Source: Bacteroidales bacterium (GTDB lineage Bacteria; Bacteroidota; Bacteroidia; Bacteroidales; VadinHA17). From it: a DNA stretch of 56,183 nucleotides. A program made the position numbers and the translations under genes. The notes under the pieces are model-generated. The model was not told the DNA's origin. It made no database searches and saw nothing but the letters and a program-made list of their open reading frames with translations. Of the stretch, positions 17,801 to 26,693 are shown piece by piece (the stretch's first letter is position 1; every line of letters starts with the position of its first letter). The stretch spans positions 1 through 56,183 of the forward strand of contig JALVJE010000209.1 in assembly GCA_027028505.1 (NCBI GenBank), read 5' to 3'.

Positions 17801-20128
17801 CTACAATGTATTTTCACCGATGGAAATTTTTCCTGTGAGCAGGTCCTGGTCCCTCGAGGAAGATCCTACCATAATGGTAAAGACGCCAGGCTCGACCACA
17901 TAATGGTCATCGGCATCATAATAACCCAGCTCCCGGACGGGCAAACGGAAAACGACCTTCTTCCTCTCCCCTGTTTGCAGATGGACCCTCCTGAACCCTT
18001 TCAGTTCTTTCACCGGACGTGTTGCCGAGGAATAATCATCCCTGATATAAAGTTGTACGATCTCATCCCCGTCCATGCTCCCTTTGTTGGCCAGCCGCAC
18101 GCTCACTGTGATGGTATCCTGCAGGCCGGCCTTTGCCGGCAGGTCCAGGCCGGAATAGGAGAAATGCGTATAGCTCATCCCCTGTCCGAAACTCCACAGC
18201 GGTTTCGAAGGAATATCAATGTACTGGTGCAGGTAAGCCGAGGGAAGATAGTTGTATACCATGTGTACCTGGCCCACATCCCAGGGGATGGTAACGGGCA
18301 GTTTTCCGGAGGGATTCACCGTTCCCTTCACTACCTCTGCGATGGCCTGTCCGCCGAAGGCGCCTGGTTCCCAGGCCTCGATGATGGCAGGGACAGTCCT
18401 TTTGATCCAGGGCTCGGCCAGGGGCCGGCCATTGATAAAGACCACCACCACATTTTTGTTTCTCTTATAGATCTCCTTCACCAGCTTCAACTGGTTGCCC
18501 TGCAGATCGATGTGGGCCCTGTCCACATTCTCTCCGCAATTCTTTTCCTTGTTGTCATAACGCAGGGAGTTGGATCCTACCACGACCACCACTACATCAT
18601 AGGAAGCCGCGCGTGCAATGGGAGCTTTCAGCTTCGAATCATCGGGATAACGCAGGCTCTCGCCACTGTTGATAAAGTCCACCCGGGTACCGGCAAAGAC
18701 CTTTTTCAACCCTTCATAGACCGTGGTCACATGCTCTTCGGGTTGTTGCAGGGCCCAGTCGCCCAGGAGGCGATGATTGTTGGCATTGGGACCTGTCACA
18801 AGGATGCTTTTCACGTTCTTCAGCGGCAAAAGACCTTTGTTTTTCAGGAGGATGACCGATCTTCGGGCCGCTTCGAGGGCCAGTTGCTGATGCTCCGGCG
18901 TGAAAAGGGCCTCCTCTGCCTTCTTCTCATCGCACAACGGTTGTTCGAAAAGACCCAGCATGAATTTGGCCTGCAGGATCTTCCGTGCAGCACGGTCAAT
19001 ATATTTCTCATCCAGGCGGCCTGTCTCGACCGAGTTTTTCACCGATTCCAGAAAACCCGGTCCGTGCATATGCATGTCCATACCCGCCTCAATAGACTCA
19101 ATGTAAGCATCCGCTATGGTGGAAGCCGCATGATGCAGCGTATGGATCCTTTCTATGTCCATCCAGTCGGACACGACAAAACCGTTGAAACCCCATTCGT
19201 TGCGCAGCACGTCGGTGAGGAGGAATTTGTTCTTATGGGCAGGCGTCCCGGACACCTCATTGTGGGCGGCCATGAAGGTATAGACCCCGGCCTCCACCTG
19301 TGCCCGGAACGGGGGGAACCAGAGGTTACGCAGCCGCCGTACCGATGCATCCAGGGGGGCAGCGTTCAGTCCGTTGAAAGGCTCCCCGCCTCCTACAAAA
19401 TGTTTGGCGCAGGCGATGACATTGTCTTTGCCCATATCGCCCTGGTACCCTTTGGTAAAAGCTGCCCCCATGGCAGCCACCAGAAAGGGATCCTCGCCGA
19501 AGGTCTCACCGGTGCGGCCCCAGCGCGGGTCGCGTGCCACCTCCACATTGGGCGAGAAGGTCCACTGCATCCCTGTAGCCCGCATCTCCTGTGCCGTCGC
19601 CACAGCAATACGCCGGGCCAGCGCCGTATCCCAGCTGCTGGCCAGCGCCAGCTGGGTGGGATATACCGTCGCCCCATAGATGAGCGCATCTCCGTGGATG
19701 GCATCGATACCCAGAAGAAGAGGGATCTTCAAACGTGAGGCCATAGCCAGCCGCTGCAACTCATTGGCCTCCTTCACATCTTTCACATGCAGGAACGATC
19801 CGATCTTCCCCTCCTTCACCATATTCTTCAGATCCTCCGTGCTCAGGCCGGGATACATGCCGTACTGGTCATCCCCTTTCTTCAGTTTATGGGTCTTGCG
19901 GTACTGCTCTTTGGTTTTCCGGATATGCTCCGGCGCTACGAACTGGCACATCTGACCGATCTTCTCCTCCAGGGTCATCCGCTGCAGCAGATCCTCCACA
20001 CGCCGGTCAACAGAAAGGGAGGGATCCAGATAGGCAGGTGCGCCACCTTTTTCCGGCTGCGAAGAGGTACAACCTCCCAGAAAAAGGATCGTACCTGTGA
20101 TCAGTAAAGAGAACAAAGTATTCTTCAT
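17801..20128 (-). CDS. Glycoside hydrolase family 3 (BglX-like beta-glucosidase) lipoprotein
   Basis: Lipobox LGGC; MTLEEKIGQ, RDPRWGRTGETFGEDP, CAKHF, nucleophile motif VVSDW, SGKLPVT, FGQGMSYT and FN3-like EIVQLYIRD...PVKELKGF. Confidence 0.92.
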   Translation of the reverse strand: MKNTLFSLLITGTILFLGGCTSSQPEKGGAPAYLDPSLSVDRRVEDLLQRMTLEEKIGQMCQFVAPEHIRKTKEQYRKTHKLKKGDDQYGMYPGLSTEDLKNMVKEGKIGSFLHVKDVKEANELQRLAMASRLKIPLLLGIDAIHGDALIYGATVYPTQLALASSWDTALARRIAVATAQEMRATGMQWTFSPNVEVARDPRWGRTGETFGEDPFLVAAMGAAFTKGYQGDMGKDNVIACAKHFVGGGEPFNGLNAAPLDASVRRLRNLWFPPFRAQVEAGVYTFMAAHNEVSGTPAHKNKFLLTDVLRNEWGFNGFVVSDWMDIERIHTLHHAASTIADAYIESIEAGMDMHMHGPGFLESVKNSVETGRLDEKYIDRAARKILQAKFMLGLFEQPLCDEKKAEEALFTPEHQQLALEAARRSVILLKNKGLLPLKNVKSILVTGPNANNHRLLGDWALQQPEEHVTTVYEGLKKVFAGTRVDFINSGESLRYPDDSKLKAPIARAASYDVVVVVVGSNSLRYDNKEKNCGENVDRAHIDLQGNQLKLVKEIYKRNKNVVVVFINGRPLAEPWIKRTVPAIIEAWEPGAFGGQAIAEVVKGTVNPSGKLPVTIPWDVGQVHMVYNYLPSAYLHQYIDIPSKPLWSFGQGMSYTHFSYSGLDLPAKAGLQDTITVSVRLANKGSMDGDEIVQLYIRDDYSSATRPVKELKGFRRVHLQTGERKKVVFRLPVRELGYYDADDHYVVEPGVFTIMVGSSSRDQDLLTGKISIGENTL

Positions 20129-20296
20129 AATTCAATTTTTTGTCTTGCCTAAGTGTTGCATTTTTTAAAACAGTGAGCACGCATAACAAGGGATCATAAG
20201 CGGCGCAAAATAATAAAATTCACAGAAAGAAATATCATGATGGACATGATAAAGAAAGAACCTCCCGGCATAAAAGATTTTTTTATTTTTATGTGC

Positions 20297-21463
20297 ATGG
20301 AAAGAGCGTTTCAACCTGTTACCCTCGGGCCGCTGACGCTGAAGAACCGTTTCATCAAATCGGCCACCTACGAGGGATTTTTTGATGAGGGCATGCCCAC
20401 GCAGGGTCTCACGGACCATCATGCGGCGCTGGCCCGGGGGGGTGTAGGCCTGACCACTGTCTCTTACGGGGCGGTGTCGCCGGAGGGCCGTACCTTTCAC
20501 AATCAGATGTACATCCACGAAGGCACCCTGCCGGCCCTGGCCGGGGTGGCGGAGGCCGTGCACCGCGCCGGCGTGAAGATCTCCATGCAGCTTACCCATT
20601 GTGGGTTCTTCACCAAGAACAAAGAGGCTGGCAAGCCACTGGGACCCAGCCGTCTGCTCAACCAGTACGGACTGCTCAACGGCCTGCCTTTCTCCAAAGA
20701 GATGGACCGTGACGACATGGATCGGACGGCCGGACACTTCGCCCTGGCTGCAGAGCGCCTGGCCGGGGCCGGCTACGATGCTGTGGAAGTGCACATGGGC
20801 CACGGCTACCTGCTGAGCCAGTTCCTCAGCCCGGCCACCAACCGGCGAAAAGATGCATACGGAGGCCCCATTGCCAACAGGGCCCGTTTTCCGCTGGAGG
20901 TGTTCCGGCAGGTGAAAGAGCGCGTAGGCCACCGCCTGGCCGTGCTGGTCAAGCTGAACATGTCCGATGGCTTCCGCGGCGGTCTGACAGTGGAGGAGAG
21001 CAGCTACGTGGCCCGGGAGCTGGAGCGGCTGGGGGCCGACGCCCTCGTGCTGACAGGAGGATTTACCAGCAAGACCCCTTTCTACCTCATGCGCGGCGAG
21101 GTGCCCCTGAAAGGCATGATACAGAACGGCGAGAACGCAGCCGAAAAGATCTCCATGGCCCTCTTCGGGCCGCTGATCGTTAAAAAATATCCTTTCACGC
21201 CCCTCTTCTTCCTCGACCAGGCCCTGCAGATACGACGGTCGGTGAAGATGCCCCTGGCATACCTGGGCGGTGTGGACGGCCGGGAGGATATCTCCCGCCT
21301 CATGGATGCCGGTTTCGACCTCATCGCCCTGGCCCGGCCTCTGATCCACGACCCGCAGTTCTTGCAAAAGCTGCAGAGAGGAGAGATCGACCGCACCGCC
21401 TGCGACCGCTGCAATGAGTGTGTCGTGGAAATGGACCGGGGAGGAGTGAGATGTGTGAAGTGA
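20297..21463 (+). CDS. NADH:flavin oxidoreductase (Old Yellow Enzyme family)
   Basis: Start reassigned to 20297 (MERAFQPVTLGPLTLKNRF). QLTHCG, EVHMGHGYLLSQFLSP.TNRR.D.YGG...NRARF, LARPLI and a C-terminal CDRCNEC cluster motif. Confidence 0.88.
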   Translation: MERAFQPVTLGPLTLKNRFIKSATYEGFFDEGMPTQGLTDHHAALARGGVGLTTVSYGAVSPEGRTFHNQMYIHEGTLPALAGVAEAVHRAGVKISMQLTHCGFFTKNKEAGKPLGPSRLLNQYGLLNGLPFSKEMDRDDMDRTAGHFALAAERLAGAGYDAVEVHMGHGYLLSQFLSPATNRRKDAYGGPIANRARFPLEVFRQVKERVGHRLAVLVKLNMSDGFRGGLTVEESSYVARELERLGADALVLTGGFTSKTPFYLMRGEVPLKGMIQNGENAAEKISMALFGPLIVKKYPFTPLFFLDQALQIRRSVKMPLAYLGGVDGREDISRLMDAGFDLIALARPLIHDPQFLQKLQRGEIDRTACDRCNECVVEMDRGGVRCVK

Positions 21464-22105
21464 GAAGGCAAAAGTAATCCGACTTCGTCCCGGTACACCG
21501 GGACTACGTCGGACGAGGAAAGGCAGAAGGAAGGATGAAGGATGATCGTCGAAGGTCGAATGTCCAGGAGTCAAAGAGTGGAAAAAGTATGAAAAGTGGG
21601 AAAAGAAAGATATGACCTATAAGTCCTTCGATACGCCTTCGGCTACTCAGGAACCGGTGTTGAGTAGGGAGTAGGGAGTAAGGAGGAGGGAGGAGCGATG
21701 AGCTCCGCCTTCGCTAATCCCGATAGCTATCGGGATCGGCGGACAAAGGATGAAGCGATAATGCGAAAACAACTCCAAACTCAGATATAGGTATTTAAAT
21801 ACCTATTTAATTACCTATTAAAATACCTATTTAAATAGGTAGATCTGAAATTAAAATCAGAAGTCAGTGCCTCTTTGCGGAACTTGGCGGAATCTTCGCG
21901 TACCTTTGCGTATCAGCATGATATACACTCATATAAGCTATTACGCAAAGAGTTGCAGTGTTGCACGCAAAGGTCCGCAAAGGAAGTTAGTTTGTAGTTT
22001 GAGGTTTGTAGTTTGAGGGAGCGCCGTTTCAAGCATTCAAGCATTCCCCGTCCGAACGGCCTCGGCCGGGCGGGAATCATTCAAGCATTAAATTCTTTCC
22101 CTCCC
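21464..22105. repeat. Large composite intergenic repeat: modules F, B, C, 12-mer array, G, E with heptamer/octamer linkers
   Basis: F at 21478-21516, B at 21625-21655, C at 21704-21744, 12-mer x5 at 21785-21844, G (CTTTGCG.../...CGCAAAG arms) at 21873-21982, E at 22046-22074. Confidence 0.85.
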
Positions 22106-22111
22106 GGCACC

Positions 22112-24364
22112 CTAATGAAACCAATACGACACCTTCACCACCAGGGCCCGGTTCTTGTTGATGAGGCCTTCGGGGGTGGCATTGCTCGTATAGACGATGT
22201 ACAGGTCGGAGACCGGGGCAAAGCGCCACTGAAAACGCAGGTTGACGTTGATGTTGTCGATCTGGTTGTTGTACTGCACATAGGTCGTAAAGAATACCTT
22301 GTCGGTAAAAGTGATGTCCAGGCGGGGCCCCACCAACCACAGGTCGGCGCTGGTGTAAGGCTCGGGCAGGACGATGTGGTTCCAGGTGGTCACCATGGCA
22401 AAGTTGACCCAGGGCTGCCAGCGGTAGCCTGCCATGCCTTCCGCGTGAAGGCGGGTGCCGTTGAAGTATCCGCCGTATCCCCCGCTGAGCGCCAGGTTGA
22501 AGAGTTTCCGGGGATCGGAGTTCCATTTTACCTGGAAATTGTTCCAGTGATGATCGCTCCCGGCGGGAAGGGGAACGCCTCCCGTATTCGTCGGATCGAA
22601 AGGTTGGGTCAGGAGGATATAATGGTCTTCCACCGATACGTTGAGTTTGCTGCGGTTAAGCCACTCGACCCCGTATCCGACGGAGAGATTGCGGTCGGTC
22701 GGTTTGCCATCGGTATCAAAATAGAAAAAACCCATCAACATCGGACCGTGGTTGGCCACCTTTTCCGAGGAAGGATAAAATTTATATCCCACGGCCGGCA
22801 CCAGTGAATAATACCCGTTCCGCGGGACATAACCGGTCTCGGCATAATAGTTGGAGCCCACCCAGGCCTGGGCAAGCCCCAGGGTCAGATGCCGGGTATT
22901 GTACTGTATCTCAGCCCCTGCTGCCGAAGCTTTGCGGGTGCTGTCCTGCTGGAAGGCATGATGTATAAAGAATTTCCCGGTCCAGCGGCTGTCCTCGCTG
23001 GCCAGGTTGTACTCCACGCCGGCCACCCGGTTGTATGGACTGCTACTCACCGTATCTGCCGAAGGGCCTGTCAGCTGCCTGTTCACCAGGAAAGCGGTGA
23101 TGTTGGAACGGCTGAAGACATTGTACTGCCACGCTGCCACAAAATAGTTGGCCGGCAGCATGTTCGTAGCGGCCGGCGCCGGCTCCTCCGGCGCCTCCAC
23201 CGGTGTGCTGAGCGTGGGGGTCCAGCCCCCGGGGCCTACGGTCTGCATGTCCATCACACCGATGCGGTTTTTGTTGTTGATGTTGCCGCTGAGGCGCCCG
23301 CCGGCGATCACCGGCTGGTCCAGACCGATACGCCTTGAGAAAAAGGGTCGTATCGTCTTGGTGCCCAGGTTGGCAAAAAGATCACTGTTCTCGAGGAAGA
23401 ACTGCCTTTTCTCGGGGAAGAACAGCTCGAAACGGTCGAGGTTGGTCACCTGCTGGTCCACCTCCACCTGCGAGTAATCGGGAGCGAAGGTCAGGTCGAG
23501 GTTCATCGAGGGGGCGGGCGTGATCTTGGCATCCATGCCGACACCCAGCGAGCCGAAGGTGGAGGCGTATTTCTCCGGGTCGCGGACGGCCTTGCCCATG
23601 GTGTAAGGGATGAGGGAATAGTTCACCCCCGGCGGCGGCAGGGGCTCGTCGAAGATGAGACTGCCGGTGAAGGCCAGGTTGGCCGACTGAAACTGCCGCG
23701 GCACGGGCGCCCAGCTCGACTTCTCATTGGTCTTCAGATCGAGACGGCTGAAATTGATGCCCCAGGTCTGTGATCCTTTGCGGTAGCGGATGCTGTGAAA
23801 AGGAATGGCAAACTCCGCCACCCAGCGATCGGGATAGCTCTTCAGCGCCGACCGCCATTTGCAGTCCCAGTTGAGGGAGACGTATCCCCCGTTGGCCTGG
23901 GTACCGTCCCACTGGGCCCCGGCAGCAGAGATGCCGAAGGAAAAACCGTTGGTAAAGTCATTGTAGGTATCCATGAAGATCAGGAAGTTGTCATTGAGGG
24001 GGAATTTGAAATCCCGGCGCAGCGACTCTACCGGCCTTTTCCCCGGCGTGGGATCAAAACAGACGATCGCAAAATAGAGGTTCTTGTTATCGTAGGTGAC
24101 CCGCACCTCGGTCTGCGCTTTGGCCAGACCCGTGTCGATCGGCAGGATACGGAAGAAATTCTCCGCCACTTCGGCCTTTTTCCAGCAGGGTTCGTTCAGC
24201 ACCCCGTCTACGACCACCGGCTGCCGCGTCTTATGTACATGCAGGACATATTTCTCCCGGTTGACCTGCCCTGTGAGAGAGGAAGAAAAAAAGAACAGCA
24301 GTAACGCTGTATAAAAAAAAGGCAGAGCCGGAGCTGCAGCAAAAGATCTTCTGAACATGAACAA
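22112..24364 (-). CDS. CBM9-like plus DUF5916 domain protein (probable outer-membrane protein)
   Basis: Signal peptide; VVDGVLNEPCW, W.AEFAIPF.SIRY, WGINF.R, NLDLTFAPDYSQVEVD, LFFPEKRQFFLEN and FFSRRIG; aromatic C-terminal strand. Confidence 0.8.
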   Translation of the reverse strand: MFMFRRSFAAAPALPFFYTALLLFFFSSSLTGQVNREKYVLHVHKTRQPVVVDGVLNEPCWKKAEVAENFFRILPIDTGLAKAQTEVRVTYDNKNLYFAIVCFDPTPGKRPVESLRRDFKFPLNDNFLIFMDTYNDFTNGFSFGISAAGAQWDGTQANGGYVSLNWDCKWRSALKSYPDRWVAEFAIPFHSIRYRKGSQTWGINFSRLDLKTNEKSSWAPVPRQFQSANLAFTGSLIFDEPLPPPGVNYSLIPYTMGKAVRDPEKYASTFGSLGVGMDAKITPAPSMNLDLTFAPDYSQVEVDQQVTNLDRFELFFPEKRQFFLENSDLFANLGTKTIRPFFSRRIGLDQPVIAGGRLSGNINNKNRIGVMDMQTVGPGGWTPTLSTPVEAPEEPAPAATNMLPANYFVAAWQYNVFSRSNITAFLVNRQLTGPSADTVSSSPYNRVAGVEYNLASEDSRWTGKFFIHHAFQQDSTRKASAAGAEIQYNTRHLTLGLAQAWVGSNYYAETGYVPRNGYYSLVPAVGYKFYPSSEKVANHGPMLMGFFYFDTDGKPTDRNLSVGYGVEWLNRSKLNVSVEDHYILLTQPFDPTNTGGVPLPAGSDHHWNNFQVKWNSDPRKLFNLALSGGYGGYFNGTRLHAEGMAGYRWQPWVNFAMVTTWNHIVLPEPYTSADLWLVGPRLDITFTDKVFFTTYVQYNNQIDNINVNLRFQWRFAPVSDLYIVYTSNATPEGLINKNRALVVKVSYWFH

Positions 24365-24494
24365 AAATTATCAGGAACGAACAGGTACCGGAATACAAGT
24401 ATAAGAAAATAACACAACATTCCATTTCCTCAGAAAATAAAAGCACACTCACAATAACAAATTAACATATCCTGATTTTCATTATCTTTGAATT

Positions 24495-24812
24495 ATGAAA
24501 ACCAGTAACAGACATATCAGCAATCTGATCAGAAAATATGTGTCTGAAATTGATCCCGAAGCTGAGGTGATCTTGTACGGCTCCCGCGCCAGAGGTGATG
24601 ACCACAAAGATTCTGACTGGGATATCCTTATCCTCACCCTTTATCCTGTGGATCCTGAAACAGAACGGCAGTTCATACATAAGCTTTATGATCTGGAACT
24701 AACTACAGGAGAGTCCTTTTCAGTATTTGTCTATTCAAAGAAAGAATGGAATGAAAAACACAGGATCTCTCCATTCTATCACAACGTCCGGAAAGAAGGG
24801 ATCAGATTATGA
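24495..24812 (+). CDS. Minimal nucleotidyltransferase (MNT) antitoxin
   Basis: 105 aa with ILYGSRARGD...SDWDILI (GS-x10-DxD). TATCTTTG box at 24483-24490 immediately upstream. Confidence 0.85.
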   Translation: MKTSNRHISNLIRKYVSEIDPEAEVILYGSRARGDDHKDSDWDILILTLYPVDPETERQFIHKLYDLELTTGESFSVFVYSKKEWNEKHRISPFYHNVRKEGIRL

Positions 24813-24850
24813 CTCATGAAGAAAGAGCGGAATATGTCAGATACCGGATT
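24809..24850 (+). pseudogene. Truncated 5' remnant of a HEPN-domain toxin
   Basis: ATG overlaps the MNT stop (ATGA). MTHEERAEYVRYRI resembles the first helix of HEPN proteins paired with MNT; similarity ends after about 14 codons. Confidence 0.6.
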
Positions 24851-24875
24851 CGTTGGCCATCATCATTTTACAGTA

Positions 24876-25196
24876 ATGAAAAGAGTAAAGCTTATCATTT
24901 TCTCTTTCGTGCTTTTCACTCCTCTCCTTTTGGGGACAGACTGACAAGTATCAACTTGCTTTCGAAGGAGGCCCGGCCCTGACCTTCCTGCGGGGATTTG
25001 ACAAGCTCAAAGAGGCTACCGACCCCACTGTCAATTTCTCTTTCGGGGCGACTTTTCAGTATGCCGCGTCTCCCGGAACAGCTTTACGCACCGGACTGCT
25101 TTTCCTTCTCATCCCTATCTCACCAATTCAACGAACTTTATGGTCGGCTTTGTCTTTGACTTGGGAAAAGAAGAGAAGGGGAGCGATGAGCAATGA
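24876..25196 (+). pseudogene. Degraded outer-membrane beta-barrel (porin/PorT-like) gene
   Basis: Signal peptide MKRVKLIIFSFVLFTPLLLG, then a frameshift into GQTDKYQLAFEGGPALTFLRG...FSFGATFQY...LRTGLLF, then a jump to a C-terminal-like strand TNSTNFMVGFVFDLGK; the interior is missing. Confidence 0.55.
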
Positions 25197-25602
25197 GCTA
25201 TGAGTAAATGAGAAAGCATTTCTTTTGCCCTTTCAGGGCTTTAAAAGTGTGGAATTGAAAAGAAGTTAAAATCAGAACACTTTGCGGAACATGGCGGAAC
25301 CTTTGCGCAGCTTTGCGTAACAGCAGATACACATTCATTTCGCTGTTATGCAAAGAGCCGCAGAGTGGCACGCAAAGGGCCGCAAAGCATACGGACAAAG
25401 CGGTGCTTTGTCCCTTACGGTATTCGCGCTCAATAACTCATCGCTCATCGCTGATTCCTGAGTAGCCGAAGGCGTACCGAAGGAGGTTCCACTTTTCGAC
25501 CCTTGGACCTTCGACCTTCTACGATCATCCATCCTTTTGCCTTCAGCCTTTCCTCGTCCGACGTAGTCCCGATTATTGGGACGAAGTCGGATTACTTTTG
25601 CC
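25181..25602. repeat. Composite intergenic repeat: G, then reverse-complement A, B, F
   Basis: G at 25280-25387; A variant GGACAAAGC-GGT-GCTTTGTCC at 25393-25413; B at 25455-25490; F at 25554-25591. GAGCGAT-type repeats on the left and ATCGCTC repeats on the right. Confidence 0.85.
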
Positions 25603-25688
25603 TTAAAAACAACGGCTGCACCTTATTCAGGATACAGCCGTTGCGACAACAAACCGGATTCGTTATCCCCGGAAGGGAGAAAACAAGG

Positions 25689-26660
25689 TTATTTCTTCTT
25701 TTCGAACTTGCTGCGTGGTACGAAGAGCAGTTTGAATACCATACTGTCGTCATCTGCGAAGTAGCTCTCCGGGTTCTGACTCGAGTGTACTACCAGATGG
25801 TATTTATTGTCCCGGTACACTTTGATCACTGCCGGCTTGAAGTTCTTCCCTTCGATGGTCATCTGGTAGTCGGGTTGTGCCGGCGGGGTGTAGCCGTCGG
25901 CGAATTTCGAGTAGCGGCGGTTCGACAGTACACTCAGGTAATGGGCCACGGCCGCCGAGTCGACCGGCTCATTGTCCACCTTCCAGCCCCAGCCGGTGGT
26001 GTCGTTGTGCAGTACGAAGCCGCTGTCGGCAGGATAGGTATACGTGATCTTCTGTATGTCATTGCGGAACAGTTTCAGGAAACGCCCGTCGCGCCAGGCG
26101 GCAAAGCCCTGGTTGAACATCATGGGCAGGAAGCCCTCCACGGCATACACCTCCTTGTCGCCGGCTGCCCGCACATACGACTTACCCGTGACATTGCGGT
26201 TGTAGTTCTGGTATGGGTTGTTGCCCGAGGGCCTCTCCACGGAGAACTTGCCGATGTACAGATCGAGGGTGGTCTTGTTCCCCTCCTTGATCTTCAGCCG
26301 CGTGGCCAGCGAGTCGTTGACATGATACTCTGCCCACGACTCCTCCCCCACAGCCACCAACTGCTGCGGTTTGATGCGCAACACGGTGGAGAGCAGGTTA
26401 CGCACCGTAGGAGTTTCCACGGGCGCATCCTTGTCGTCCTCTTTGATGCGCCATCCCTTGTCCGTACGCCGGAAGACCAGCTCTTTCCCCTTCTCCGACT
26501 GAGGGTACAGGTAGATAGCTGTCACTTTGGCCGTGTCGATGTCCACCAGGTCCCGTTTCAGCGTGCTCTCTTTCTTCCGGTTGTTGTACTGAAGGAGCAG
26601 GAGGATACCCCCCAGGACGACCAGGATGATGATCAATGTCTTATTGTTGTTCTTAGCCAT
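25689..26660 (-). CDS. DUF4340 domain protein
   Basis: N-terminal membrane anchor, W.I...VR.LL..L.....L, L.IGK, YVR..GD.EVY.V and WRD motifs; typical position after GldG-like genes. Confidence 0.8.
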   Translation of the reverse strand: MAKNNNKTLIIILVVLGGILLLLQYNNRKKESTLKRDLVDIDTAKVTAIYLYPQSEKGKELVFRRTDKGWRIKEDDKDAPVETPTVRNLLSTVLRIKPQQLVAVGEESWAEYHVNDSLATRLKIKEGNKTTLDLYIGKFSVERPSGNNPYQNYNRNVTGKSYVRAAGDKEVYAVEGFLPMMFNQGFAAWRDGRFLKLFRNDIQKITYTYPADSGFVLHNDTTGWGWKVDNEPVDSAAVAHYLSVLSNRRYSKFADGYTPPAQPDYQMTIEGKNFKPAVIKVYRDNKYHLVVHSSQNPESYFADDDSMVFKLLFVPRSKFEKKK

Positions 26661-26693
26661 GACTCTTCAAGTTTTAGGTTCAACCATCAGTGA

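Noticed and set aside
16031-19738. Long plus-strand ORFs 16031-17749 and 17903-19738
   Set aside because: Antisense shadows of the sulfatase and GH3 genes, which carry all the family motifs.
24809-24982. 57-codon ORF after MNT as an intact small toxin
   Set aside because: Only the first 14 codons are HEPN-like; the rest is an off-frame reading of the porin pseudogene and there is no R-x4-6-H motif.
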